A stretch of DNA of 64,000 nucleotides from Octopus vulgaris (GCA_951406725.2 OX597814.1:145142001-145206000); one strand, 5' to 3'; counted from the first letter of the stretch, positions 40,133 to 52,949 are shown. A program made the numbers and translations. Notes: generated from the sequence alone by a model not told the origin.

Positions 40133-43087
40133 ATGTAGGAGGGCTGCTGCGCGGAAACTGTAAAAAGAAAATTTCATTCCTGAGAGACCTTGTGACATGC
40201 AATCAAGCTATATGCATGGCACTCACAGAAACGCATCTTGAACCCGATATAGGTGATGCAGAAATACACATGCCGCAATATGCAGTCATACGCACAGATA
40301 GAAAAGGGAGGAGCCATGGTGGAGTTGCAATGTACATCCGAGATGACCTCACGCCCCAGGTCCTGCTGTCATATTCAAACTCAGTATGTGAAACTCAAAT
40401 TGTACACATAAGACAACTGAATATCGTCATATGCACTACATATCGCCCACCAGACGCCCCAAAACACTCAGGCATGTTTGAAGACTGCCTAACAAAAATA
40501 GGAGAAGTCCTCACCAACCTTGAACAGCACAACAGTGTATTCTTCATGGGTGACTTTAACCTCCCCAATGTGGAATGGCCTGGGGGGCAGATGCTCCCAG
40601 GGATGACACACCATCAGCAGGCACAGGTGGAGTCCCTGCTCCATCTCACAAATACCTCTTTCATGGAGCAAATAGTTCTGCAACCAACAAGGGCAGATAA
40701 TATACTGGATCTCTGCTTTACAAACAATATGGATATTATCCATAATGTTAATGTGATGCCGACAATGATCTCGGATCACAACATAATAGAGCTGTCTATG
40801 TATGGAACAAAAGCCCCCGCAGACACACAGCCTATACGAAGCACCCACCATCTCTCCAACTTAAACTTTCATAAAGCCAACTGGAAGTCGATTGAGAAAG
40901 AGATCCTCAAACAGGATTGGCCTGAATGTCTCTCCACACCGGACATAAACATGAAACACAAACACTTCATGTCCATAATACAAGCCATATGTGACAAATA
41001 TGTCCCAATGTGCAGGGCCAGCACACACAAGAATAAAAACAGGATCCCTAGAGAAAGGAGGATTCTTATGAGACGACGGACAAGGATTGCAAACCGCCTG
41101 AGCAAGCACACCAAAAGTGGTGAGAAGTCTCGGCTCGAAAGAATGCTAATGGAAACTGAGAAAAGTCTACATCAGTCCCATGAAAAGGAGAGAGCAGATA
41201 AAGAAGCTTGGGTAATATAAAATATAAAATCAAACCCTAAAGCTTTCTTTAAGTTTGCCAAAGAGACAGCCACAGTGCACCAGAGAATAGGACCTCTCTT
41301 CCAAAAAGATGGCTCTCTCACAGGAAATCCCACGAGGATAAGTGAAATACTGAACGAACAGTTCCAAAGTGTGTTCACTACACCTCTAGGACACAGGCAA
41401 GTAAACAACCCAGAAGAATTCTTTGCCACTTTACCAGCGGCCAAAGAGACAAAAATTGAGTACATCAACATCGAAGAAGATGATATCACACTAGCCATTG
41501 ATGAGATTGACACAAACTCAGCTGCTGGACCTGATGGATTCCCAGCGATCCTTCTCAAATCGTGCAAACGAGCCCTTGCAAAACCGCTACAGCTTCTTTT
41601 TCAGAGCTTTCTTGCAAGTGGTAAGCTCCCAGTCAAACTGAAAGAGGGGTAATATGCCCTATCCATAAGGGAGGTAGCAGAGCAGATGCTAAAAATTATA
41701 GGCCTATCTCTCTGACCTCACACATCAGCAAAGTCATGGAACGAATAGTCCGTAAGAAACTAATCATGTTCCTTGAAGAAAATGACTTACTGTCTGACAC
41801 CCAGCATGGATTTCGACCAGGTAGAGGCTGCCTAACACAGCTCCTGCAACACTATGACTGGGTGTTGAAACAGCTACTAAATGGCTCAAATGTGGATGTA
41901 ATATATCTTGACTTTGCAAAAGCCTTTGATAAAGTCGACCATGGTATGATCTGTCACAAACTGCGTGGTCTCGGCATAGGCGGGAAACTTGGAGAGTGGC
42001 TGCACAACTTCCTAAAAGACAGAAAACAGGCAGTTGTGAGCAATGGAGCCACCTCCAGGGAAACGCAAATAACAAGCGGTGTCCCACAGGGCACTGTCTT
42101 GGGGCCACTGATGTTCATAGTGGCCCTTTCAGACATGCCTTCAGTTGCTACGATGACCACCCTTGCTAGCTATGCAGATGACACAAAAGTCTCCCACGCA
42201 ATACAAAACCCTGAAAATATTGCGCATCTGCAACATGAGCTGGACACAATATACAGGTGGGCTGAGGACAACAACATGCAGTTTAATGCAGGTAAGTTCC
42301 AGGCCCTGCGCTACTGGCACACAAAGGTAAATGACGTGAAGACTGGATACACTGGCCCAGGAAGAATTGCAATCCCTGAGTCAAAATCAGTGCGTGACCT
42401 GGGCATTGACATGAGCAATGATGCATCTTTCCAAATGCATATTGCTAATCTGGTGATAAAATGCAGACGGCTAGCTGGATGGATTCTCCGAACTTTCAGA
42501 ACAAGAGAGAAGGAGACACTGATGGTCCTATGGAAAACATTTGTCCTCAGCCGCTTGGACTACTGCTCCCAACTTTGGTCACCACACAATATAAAACAAA
42601 CAGCAGAACTCGAAGCAACTCAGAGAAGCTACACAAAGAAAATCGTCTCAATCAAAATGTCAGCTACTGGGAAAGACTGAAGGTATTAAACCTCTTCTCC
42701 CTGGAGCGGAGGCGGGAGAGATATGCAGTGATATACATCTGGAAAATCCTGGAGGGTCTTGTCCCAAACTTTGGCATTCAAAGTTACTCCAACCGCAGAA
42801 CGGGGCGCCGCTGCGTGGTGCCAAGGATTCCAACATCACCATCAAAATACAGGTCCAGATACTGCAACAGCTTGGGTTTCAGAGGACCACAGCTCTTTAA
42901 CATCCTCCCTAAATGCCTGAGAGACTTACATGGTGTGGATGTGGGTTTCTTTAAAACTAAACTGGATCTCTTCTTGTTGGGAGTCCCAGATGAACCTACC
43001 TCACGACAGGAGACACGGATGCGGGCAGCAGCATCGAACTCCCTTGTTGATCAAGTGCCACGTATCAGAGGTGGATTCACAAACTAG
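40078..43087 (+). pseudogene. LINE ORF2 (APE endonuclease + reverse transcriptase) with three lesions
   Basis: LTETHL, MGDFN, LDLCFTN, SDHN (APE); QHGFRPGRGC, YLDFAKAFDKV, GVPQGTVLGP, YADD (RT). In-frame TAA at 41218-41220 and 1-bp deletions near 41650 and 42655. Confidence 0.95.
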
Positions 43088-43159
43088 TGTAGCTCATTCA
43101 GCGGTGGTGCCCCAGCATGGCCGCGGCCTTCAGGCTAAAACATTTTTAAGGATTTAAGG

Positions 43160-43615
<456 letters not shown>

Positions 43616-43829
43616 ATTATGTGAAATAGAAAGATGAATAATCTTGTAGTAGATTAATCAAAAGTTTAACCGATACCTTAGTAGCAAAAATCACAGCAGT
43701 AAAACAGCACGGTTGGAGGTACAACCATATGGTGTTGCAACCGTGCGTTGGTGCGGATAATTGAAATTAGAACATTATTGGTGAATTGAAGAAATGGAGC
43801 TGAACGCAGATTGAACAGAAATCGTTTTA

Positions 43830-43919
43830 TTTCATTCTACACGTGTTTCGAAAGGCACAAATTACCAAAATCCGATGGAATAATGGGACCATATTGTGTC
43901 TTTCTCTTCAGGAACAAAA
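43830..43919 (-). ncRNA. Type I hammerhead ribozyme in PLE left arm
   Basis: Minus strand: TTTTGTTC-CTGAAGA-GAAAGACACAA ... TTGTGCCTTTC-GAAA-C-ACGT-GTA-GAATGAAA; 8-bp stem I (2 GU), 10/11-bp stem II, palindromic ACACGTGT stem III. Confidence 0.88.
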
Positions 43920-44509
43920 TAGGAAATCCGTTGGAAAAACAAAAACAGAACAGAGGCGGAGCAAAAACAAATCGAACTATGCTCCTAAGAGCCCATGGCG
44001 AAACTGTTTATCAGTGTATGTTGAGAACCGGTGGCTGAAGAATTCAACGGGTCAGGCATCGGTCAATCATGTGGGTTAGGGTGCGTAGATGTTCTTTGTG
44101 ACCGAGAATAAAGTTCTGACTATTTAAGGAATATTGGATGTTTTATAAGGGGCGAGAAAAAATCTACTTAGAGACGTGTGTGTGTGTATACTGTTCTATA
44201 TATGTGTGTGTTGGCGTAGGGGTAGAAAACATTTTTTGTGTACGTGTGTGCGTTTGATCGTTCGGCTGTCAGTGGCTACTGCCGTGATAACCGTTGGGTG
44301 GCAGAAAAAAAAAAATATATATATCATGTTTTATGTGTGTGTGTGTTCATCTAAGCCTGCCTTGTCAAGGAAACCCCCCGCTGTGAAAAGCCCAAGCCCC
44401 GTTTGTCTTACAGGAGTAATTCCCCTTGCAGTGGTTAATCGTAGATATCTTAAAGGCTATTTCAGAATTTGCTACCAAGGGCTATGGGTGCCGGTATTAT
44501 TTATAAACG

Positions 44510-45151
44510 CTATTTAAAAGCCAGATAAGTGTAACGCCGCCAATGGGGGCATCGAAAAGCCGACTGTAAAAGCCCGTTTACCATCCGGCCTCTGGCAAAC
44601 AAAATATGGAAGAGTTCGGAGACACAAAGGTTGCACTGCCTTCTGCCCCTATCAAATGGGAGGGCCACCGACAAAATTGACCATTCCAGCCTGTAGCTTA
44701 AGTTCGTATCCTTCAGTCGCCATATTAGCTTACTGAGTCCCGTGGTCTGGCGCTTGTTCATGTCCCGAAAAGTTGCGTAATGGTTGGAGACACGCAAAGA
44801 CAATCTTGAGGATGAGGCCCCTACATAAGTGAAGACATCTGAGTCCGTGTAAACCTTGCATTGGTAGACGGCGTTTTTGATCTTGGAGTTCGCCGACGTG
44901 AATCTAATTCTGCTAGGATTAGTTTCTGAAATTAGAACTGCGTTCCTGTCACTATATTCGTTCCGAGACCTGCAGCCGCTTACTACTCTATTTTCCACTA
45001 CGTCACTATTAACTATAGGAATAACCCCTGATTCTCCACTATCTATCAAAGTGCTGTCATTGCTACTGCCCGTGGTGCTGCTATTGCGGGAAATGATGCT
45101 GGGGATGCTATTGGGGCTCTCTACCCTACTCCCATTGTTACCGTCAACCAC
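44510..45151 (-). CDS. PLE Ser/Asn-rich linker + GIY-YIG endonuclease (left arm)
   Basis: AVYQCKV ... YVGAS ... RVSNH ... LSKLIWRLK ... CNLCVSE ... RCPH; not in frame with the RT. Confidence 0.85.
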   Translation of the reverse strand: MVDGNNGSRVESPNSIPSIISRNSSTTGSSNDSTLIDSGESGVIPIVNSDVVENRVVSGCRSRNEYSDRNAVLISETNPSRIRFTSANSKIKNAVYQCKVYTDSDVFTYVGASSSRLSLRVSNHYATFRDMNKRQTTGLSKLIWRLKDTNLSYRLEWSILSVALPFDRGRRQCNLCVSELFHILFARGRMVNGLLQSAFRCPHWRRYTYLAFK

Positions 45152-45168
45152 AACACCCCTATTTATAA

Positions 45169-46228
45169 CTATACCCCTAGTGGGTACTCCTGGCTGGAGC
45201 TGAGATTATGTGTCACTGTACTGGCTCTCATATCATTATTACTACTATAATTATTCCTACTGAGCATTAAACCGGGAGCGGAAGAGGCTGTGCCTCCGGA
45301 AAAAGGTGATAGGGTCTTAGTAAGTAGCCTATTATTATGGGAGGCGATTATCTGGGCGAGGTTTTTAGTGTTGGAGAAAGCTATCCTAACTTTATGCGAG
45401 TTAACCGTGGAGTAATATTTGGAATTTCTGGGGAAGTTATTGGCGATGGCTTGTCTAAACATGAGGGGGAGGTTAGTTCTAATCTGCTTACCAAAGGGGA
45501 TTACAAACCATATATGCTTATTCCTATCAGTGTGATGGGTCGGGACGCCAGCTCTCGCATTCGGGTGGGTGATTCTCGGATGAATAACGGGTCTTGGGTT
45601 AGTGTAAGACCTCCCGGACCGATAATTATCCTTGTTCGCTAAATTAAATGCGGGAGCGACTACCCCGGCATCCACCGCGCTCCCGTCCTTACTTAAAATG
45701 TTAATGTTATTATATACGGCCCTATCCTGATGACCGAATGATGGCATCGGAAGGGCCGGATCAATATAAATTACCTTCTGCCTATAACCGGCCTTGGATA
45801 GTGCGGCGTTATAAAATTCCGCTTTCTGCATAAAAATATCGGCACTGGTGGACAAGCCAGACAATCTTAGAGAGATGTTTTTAACCAAATTGTCTGTTAC
45901 GGTTTTGGCATGATTTGAGAAGACACTGACATACTTCAAATTAGTGGAAGGCTTATGGTAAGGGCAGTATGAGTCGCTATTAAGGTTAAGTGTAACGTCT
46001 AGGAAATTAGCATTGGTGAGTTCATTATCAAAAACTATACTCATGCCCATTCTATTAAAAAACCTAGCTAACCTGCTCTTAGTTTTCTGCACTATTCTGT
46101 TCGTGGTGTTTTGCAGGTAAAACAGACAATCGTCACGATACAGGCCGCCCGCGATCTTCGGGAATTGGTCGGACAATTCGTAGAGAATATATATTCCGAC
46201 CAAATCGGCTATCTGCGCACTATCCGAA
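45169..46228 (-). pseudogene. 5'-truncated PLE RT (left arm)
   Basis: GLYRDD, NFLDVTLNL, YCPYHKP; truncated at the inversion junction. Confidence 0.9.
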
Positions 46229-47937
46229 TTACCAAGGACATTAATAGAACGGACGGAGTCCTGGTCCAGTGCGACAAGACCAGGAACACATACAAGATGC
46301 CCATTAAGCAGTACCTAGATTTACTCGGTAAAGAGATCAAGTAAAATTATAGAAAAACCAATTGGAGTACCCTGAGGAAGGTAAACTTGGAAATTAAGGA
46401 AATAATATTTAAACACCGAATTCAAATGAGAACTCAGCCGCTTAGCCCTAAGCAACCCAGATTTATAGTGAAGGACCATAAACCGAACTTCCACACCAAC
46501 CCAGCGCTAAGACTCATATGCCCTGCTAGATCTGATATCGGGATAATCAGTAAGTACATTTTAGATTAATATATCCCTAGTTTAGTAAACAAGCTGAAGC
46601 TCAGCCTCTGGGCCAACTCCTCGCAGGTAGTGAAGTGGTTCTCTTCCATCCCCAATAAGAACCGTACTAGGTTCATTCAGTTTGATATCGCCAGCTTCTA
46701 CCCCTCGATTAACCCTAGTGTGCTAAATAAGGCCCTCTGGCATGCTCACAACAAGGCTGGCCTCACCAGAGAAGAGATAGATATCATTTTAGTTGCCAGG
46801 AAATCGTTTATTAAGTTTGATAATAAGTTGTGGATCCGTAAAGATACTCCCAATGAATTTGATGTGCCTATGGGTAGTTCGGATAGTGCGCAGATAGCCG
46901 ATTTGGTCGGAATATATATTCTCTACGAATTGTCCGACCAATTCCCGGAGATCGTGGGCGGCCTGTATCGTGACGATTGTCTGTTTTACCTGCAAAACAC
47001 CACGAACAGAATAGTGCAGAAAACTAAGAGCAGGTTAGCTAGGTTTTTTAATAGAATGGGCATGAGTATAGTTTTTGATAATGAACTCACCAAGGCTAAT
47101 TTCCTAGACGTTACACTTAACCTTAATAGCGACTCATACTGCCCTTACCATAAGCCTTCCACTAATTTGAAGTATGTCAGTGTCTTCTCAAATCATGCCA
47201 AAACCGTAACAGACAATTTGGTTAAAAACATCTCTCTAAGATTGTCTGGCTTGTCCACCAGTGCCGATATTTTTATGCAGAAAGCGGAATTTTATAACGC
47301 CGCACTATCCAAGGCCGGTTATAGGCAGAAGGTAATTTATATTGATCCGGCCCTTCCGATGCCATCATTCGGTCATCAGGATAGGGCCGTATATAATAAC
47401 ATTAACATTTTAAGTAAGGACGGGAGCGCGGTGGATGCCGGGGTAGTCGCTCCCACATTTAATTTAGCGAACAAGGATAATTATCGGTCCGGGAGGTCTT
47501 ACACTAACCCAAGACCCGTTATTCATCCGAGAATCACCCACCCGAATGCGAGAGCTGGCGTCCCGACCCATCACACTGATAGGAATAAGCATATATGGTT
47601 TGTAATCCCCTTTGGTAAGCAGATTAGAACTAACCTCCCCCTCATGTTTAGACAAGCCATCGCCAATAACTTCCCCAGAAATTCCAAATATTACTCCACG
47701 GTTAACTCGCATAAAGTTAGGATAGCTTTCTCCAACACTAAAAACCTCGCCCAGATAATCGCCTCCCATAATAATAGGCTACTTACTAAGACCCTATCAC
47801 CTTTTTCCGGAGGCACAGCCTCTTCCGCTCCCGGTTTAATGCTCAGTAGGAATAATTATAGTAGTAATAATGATATGAGAGCCAGTACAGTGACACATAA
47901 TCTCAGCTCCAGCCAGGAGTACCCACTAGGGGTATAG
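46229..47937 (+). pseudogene. PLE reverse transcriptase (right arm), 5'-truncated, two in-frame TAA
   Basis: ORF-track pieces ending 46344, 46569 and 47937 share one frame; CDKTRNTYKM, KDHKPNF, RLICPARSDIG, GLYRDD. Confidence 0.92.
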
Positions 47938-47954
47938 TTATAAATAGGGGTGTT

Positions 47955-48596
47955 GTGGTTGACGGTAACAATGGGAGTAGGGTAGAGAGCCCCAATAGCA
48001 TCCCCAGCATCATTTCCCGCAATAGCAGCACCACGGGCAGTAGCAATGACAGCACTTTGATAGATAGTGGAGAATCAGGGGTTATTCCTATAGTTAATAG
48101 TGACGTAGTGGAAAATAGAGTAGTAAGCGGCTGCAGGTCTCGGAACGAATATAGTGACAGGAACGCAGTTCTAATTTCAGAAACTAATCCTAGCAGAATT
48201 AGATTCACGTCGGCGAACTCCAAGATCAAAAACGCCGTCTACCAATGCAAGGTTTACACGGACTCAGATGTCTTCACTTATGTAGGGGCCTCATCCTCAA
48301 GATTGTATTTGCGTGTCTCCAACCATTACGCAACTTTTCGGGACATGAACAAGCGCCAGACCACGGGACTCAGTAAGCTAATATGGCGACTGAAGGATAC
48401 GAACTTAAGCTACAGGCTGGAATGGTCAATTTTGTCGGTGGCCCTCCCATTTGATAGGGGCAGAAGGCAGTGCAACCTTTGTGTCTCCGAACTCTTCCAT
48501 ATTTTGTTTGCCAGAGGCCGGATGGTAAACGGGCTTTTACAGTCGGCTTTTCGATGCCCCCATTGGCGGCGTTACACTTATCTGGCTTTTAAATAG
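47955..48596 (+). CDS. PLE Ser/Asn-rich linker + GIY-YIG endonuclease (right arm)
   Basis: Same as left arm except one S/Y change; frame is open from 47901 and is -1 relative to the RT. Confidence 0.85.
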   Translation: MVDGNNGSRVESPNSIPSIISRNSSTTGSSNDSTLIDSGESGVIPIVNSDVVENRVVSGCRSRNEYSDRNAVLISETNPSRIRFTSANSKIKNAVYQCKVYTDSDVFTYVGASSSRLYLRVSNHYATFRDMNKRQTTGLSKLIWRLKDTNLSYRLEWSILSVALPFDRGRRQCNLCVSELFHILFARGRMVNGLLQSAFRCPHWRRYTYLAFK

Positions 48597-49187
48597 CGTT
48601 TATAAATAATACCGGCACCCATAGCCCTTGGTAACAAATTCTGAAATAGCCTTTAAGATATCTACGATTAACCACTGCAAGGGGAATTACTCCTGTAAGA
48701 CAAACGGGGCTTGGGTTTTTCACAGCGGGGGGTTTCCTTGACAAGGCAGGCTTAGATGAACACACACACACATAAAACATGATATATATATATATTTTTT
48801 TTCTGCCACCCAACGGTTATCACGGCAGTAGCCACTGACAGCCGAACGATCAAACGCACACACGTACACAAAAAATGTTTTCTACCCCTACGCCAACACA
48901 CACATATATAGAACAGTATACACACACACACGTCTCTAAGTAGATTTTTTCTCGCCCCTTATAAAACATCCAATATTCCTTAAATAGTCAGAACTTTATT
49001 CTCGGTCACAAAGAACATCTACGCACCCTCACCCACATGATTGACCGATGCCTGACCCGTTGAATTCTTCAGCCACCGGTTCTCAACATACACTGATAAA
49101 CAGTTTCGCCATGGGCTCTTAGGAGCATAGTTCGATTTGTTTTTGCTCCGCCTCTGTTCTGTTTTTGTTTTTCCAACGGATTTCCTA

Positions 49188-49277
49188 TTTTCTTCCTGAA
49201 GAGAAAGACACAATATGGTCCCATTATTCCATCGGATTTTGGTAATTTGTGCCTTTCGAAACACGTGTAGAATGAAA
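49188..49277 (+). ncRNA. Type I hammerhead ribozyme in PLE right arm
   Basis: CTGAAGA 49196-49202; stem II 49203-49213 / 49247-49257; GAAA 49258-49261; GTA 49267-49269; one stem I mismatch relative to the left arm. Confidence 0.85.
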
Positions 49278-49334
49278 TAAAACGATTTCTGCTCAATCTG
49301 CGTTCAGCTCCATTTCTTCAATTCACCAATAATG

Positions 49335-49339
<5 letters not shown>

Positions 49340-49369
<30 letters not shown>

Positions 49370-49375
49370 CATACA

Positions 49376-49416
<41 letters not shown>

Positions 49417-49425
49417 ACATACATA

Positions 49426-49457
<32 letters not shown>

Positions 49458-49486
49458 CATATATATATACATACATACATATATAT

Positions 49487-49521
<35 letters not shown>

Positions 49522-49533
49522 CATACATATATA

Positions 49534-49565
<32 letters not shown>

Positions 49566-49569
49566 CATA

Positions 49570-49601
<32 letters not shown>

Positions 49602-49660
49602 CATATATATATACATACATATATATACATATATATATACATACATATATATATATATAG
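49340..49660. repeat. (TA/TACA)n microsatellite
   Basis: Right flank of the PLE. Confidence 0.97.
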
Positions 49661-51388
49661 ATAAATGTAATACACATACACACACGTATATATATGTATG
49701 CATATGTAAGGAGAGAGAAAGGGGGGAGGAGAGATATCTATCGAATCTATCGGTATCACATTTCGTGTCGTCGAAGTCGAGTCTGTTTGTCGAAACCATT
49801 TCCTCGCTTGATTACCGCCTTGCTACTGCTTTACCATTACTAGAAATTTAAGAACCGAAACCTATCGAACTTTACATCGTAGACATGGTTGCACCAAATT
49901 TATCGCCATTCTAAATCTCTCACGCGCGCTCTCACACACATACATACATACATACACACTTGCATATTATTAAAACAAACACATACACATACATATATTC
50001 GCATACATACAGCAATACATACTTGAGCACATGTTATTATGCGAGAGATATCTATTGTAAGAAATATTCATGTCATTTTTCTGCATATTCAATGTTGGCT
50101 TCTAACAAAAGATTTAGAATGAACCCAAATTTCTGTTTCTACTGTCTTTATGCCTATTTCTATTCCATTAATAAAATCTAGAAGCATCTAGTCACATACG
50201 CTTCCCACATACGCATACTTCACACACACGCGCACACACACACACACACACACACATTTTTATAGAGTATTTTTGTCCTTTGTAGAGAAGAAAGAAAAAA
50301 ATATTCTTTTGCTAGATTGATTTTTTTAAGGCTTTCCTGTGTTTCTGTTACAGTATGATCAATTAATTTTCAGCGACAGTTTTCCGTTCTTAGCTTTGAA
50401 TAGTCTTATTTTATTCGTCTTGGTACACATAATGTCATTAAACTGCCGTTCGTTCGCTCCTGGACCAAACGTGACAGCGTAACGTTCTAAAGAAAAGAAT
50501 GTGATAAGAACATTAAATACAATCACACATAGAATCACGCGTCTCCATTCTCTCATTGCCCTTCTATCTCACGAAATTATACACAAAATCTTAGGATTTG
50601 ATGACTTGGGTTTAATTTATTTACTGTAGTCTATCCACGTGGTTTCCTAGTTTAAACGCTACTGCTTGTAGATTTGCTACTCAGAAACAATTTTACATGT
50701 TGTTGTTGTTGATGTACGTATTTTCCCCCTTTTTTCTATTAACCGACTATGATGTTATATTTTTAATTAATTAACATCTAATAAAGAATCACTGTGAATT
50801 GATTTCACCGTGATTTGGGTGGTGGTTCTTTTAGTTTTACTTTTTAGTCACGTACTGAGGTATTTACAAGCTTTATTAATCTGCTTAGTATTGTCATAAA
50901 ATAATTAAAAAATACTCTGTGCAAAACGTGAGATATATATTAATGTTAAAAGAAAATTTACATAGCGTCTTACATCGATATTAGCTGAGAAGATTAATAT
51001 GAGATTTCATTTAATGCTTTCTTTCTGTTTATATAATTTTTGTGTAAAGATGAAGTAATAGTAAAGTTTTGTTCCTAAAACAAGCAAATATTAAATATGG
51101 AAATATACTTATTTATTCATTGTACATCCATCAGTTTGCTACATGATTTTAAAGCGAGTCATTTTGCTTATGGTGAATCTACTTTAATTTGAAACATCGT
51201 ATTTATATTTAAAGAAATGTTATGTAGGTTAATTTCCACAATTCTCTCAGACACTTTGATTTATATGAGCAAGTAACAAATATAGATTTATGATTAATAG
51301 GATAAAATGAATAAATGACCCTTGGTCAGGATTTCTGACAGTAAGTTTCAGTTGCTCGATCATAGTATAAGCGTGTTCATAGTATTAG

Positions 51389-51619
51389 GGCGGCGAGCTG
51401 GCAGAAACGTTAGCACGCCGGGCGAAATGCTTAGCAGTATTTCGTCTGCCGCTACGTTCTGAGTTCACATTCCGCCGAGGTCGACTTTGCCTTTCATCCT
51501 TCTGGGGTTGATTAAATAAGTACCAGTTACGCATTGGGGTCGATATAATCGATTTAATCCGTGTGTCTGTCCTTGTTTGTCCCCTCTGTGTTTAGCCCCT
51601 TGTGGGTAGTAAAGAAATA
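51389..51619 (+). mobile_element. Young Meta-domain tRNA SINE (first unit of the dimer family)
   Basis: GGCGGCGAGCTGGCAGAAAC ... GAGTTCACATTCC; 13-bp direct repeat AGTATAAGCGTGT at 51364-51376 and 51620-51632. Confidence 0.9.
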
Positions 51620-52739
51620 AGTATAAGCGTGTGCGTGCATCGTTAACATAATTCTCAGGCGGAATCAACGTAACATAATATGATATGGATGGACTTTTGA
51701 ATTACAGGGCTTCACACAATTTCCGATTTCCCAGTTTCACTCAGACTTGGGTCTGCTCGAGGTGCTTGCCCAGCATTTCATGCAGTTGTAGCGAACTCCT
51801 GATGGTGTAAATGAGAAGCAGGAACAATGAGCCCCCTCAATACCATCCTTTTTGTCAGGTAAATCATGAAAACCTAATGGCTGATATTCAGTTATAACAT
51901 ATTAAAATGCTCATTAATAACGATATATTAAATATCTGCTATCTAAACTATATATTTACAGTTAATGACGCCTAAATAAAAAACTTATATCGGGGAAAAT
52001 GTATTTTATAAGGAAATTGATGTATATTATTTTAATGTCAAACCGATCATTAATATGTCAGACTTGCTTATAAGTTTATAATTCTTTTCTGAATTATGAG
52101 AAATAAGCTCTTACTATCTTGACAAAAGTAGAAGTTAAAATAAATCTTGAATTCTAAAACCTGCTTTAGATTATAATACACTGTGAAAAATATTTGATTA
52201 AAACGCATTTAAAATATGATAGATTGTGGTTAGGTAGCTTATCTTGTATAATTATATGAATAAGATAAATCAAGAACTCTAGTTGTCTCAACCAGTATTA
52301 CGTAGTTGCAAGTATATTGTAAATGCCAATCTCATATCATAGAAGGAGCAGGGGGCGATAAAATGGAACTGGATATATAGTAATTATCACCCCAACCTAA
52401 CTACTCAATCACGAGAGGTATAATCGTAATATATGGCACGTCTTGGACATCTTTAAAACCTGGTGAAACTCATCACCCTCAGTAACCAGACACGGCCAAC
52501 TTCTTTCCAAGGGTAAGAGTGGGAAAAAATTTGAAAAGAAGAATCAATTTCAACGCTGGACTGGTACTTTATTTATCGACGTCGCTGCTGGTCTCGGCAG
52601 AATTTAGATATAAAATACAAAATATTAAAATGAATATCGCAAAGCATTCTACCTGACCTCATAACGACTTTTAAAAATCGCCTACAATAATAATATAGTG
52701 AGCCTGATGCCAATTTTTATATACTAATACTCAACAATA

Positions 52740-52885
52740 TCACATAATTCTCCTCTAAGAATACGCCCGACAAAAATCATGGTATTAAATATAAAAGTTT
52801 TGCCTCGTCCTCCTTACTCTCCTGAATTTGCTCCCTCTGACGATCACCTTTTCAGATTTTTGCAGTATTATTTAAAGGAAAAAAG
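52740..52885 (+). pseudogene. mariner DD34D C-terminal fragment
   Basis: KVLPRPPYSPEFAPSDDHLFRFLQYYL matches the YSPDLAPSDYHLF motif. Confidence 0.7.
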
Positions 52886-52949
52886 GTTATATGGTATATA
52901 TTGTTCCTTTGCTTCAAAATCTGCAGAAATATCTTGATTAATTAAGCAA

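Larger units (their letters stand above)
43616..49339. mobile_element. Penelope-like element (Hydra-clade-like) as head-to-head inverted insertion
   Basis: 43768-46228 is the reverse complement of 46878-49339 (about 10 substitutions seen); unique RT spacer 46229-46877; RT motifs FDIASFYPSI, FDVPMGSSD, GLYRDD; C-terminal GIY-YIG; (TA)n flanks. Confidence 0.95.

Noticed and set aside
46342-46569. In-frame stops in the PLE RT as possible selenocysteine recoding (as in Naiad PLEs)
   Set aside because: Both stops are TAA, not TGA, and the endonuclease is C-terminal, unlike Naiads.
47903-48229. Hydrophobic antisense ORF (also 44877-45203) resembling a membrane protein
   Set aside because: Reverse complement of the Ser/Asn-rich PLE linker; composition explains the hydrophobicity.
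43768-49339. Arm differences as a fossil of ADAR editing
   Set aside because: The roughly 10 substitutions are of mixed types with no one-directional A-to-G excess.
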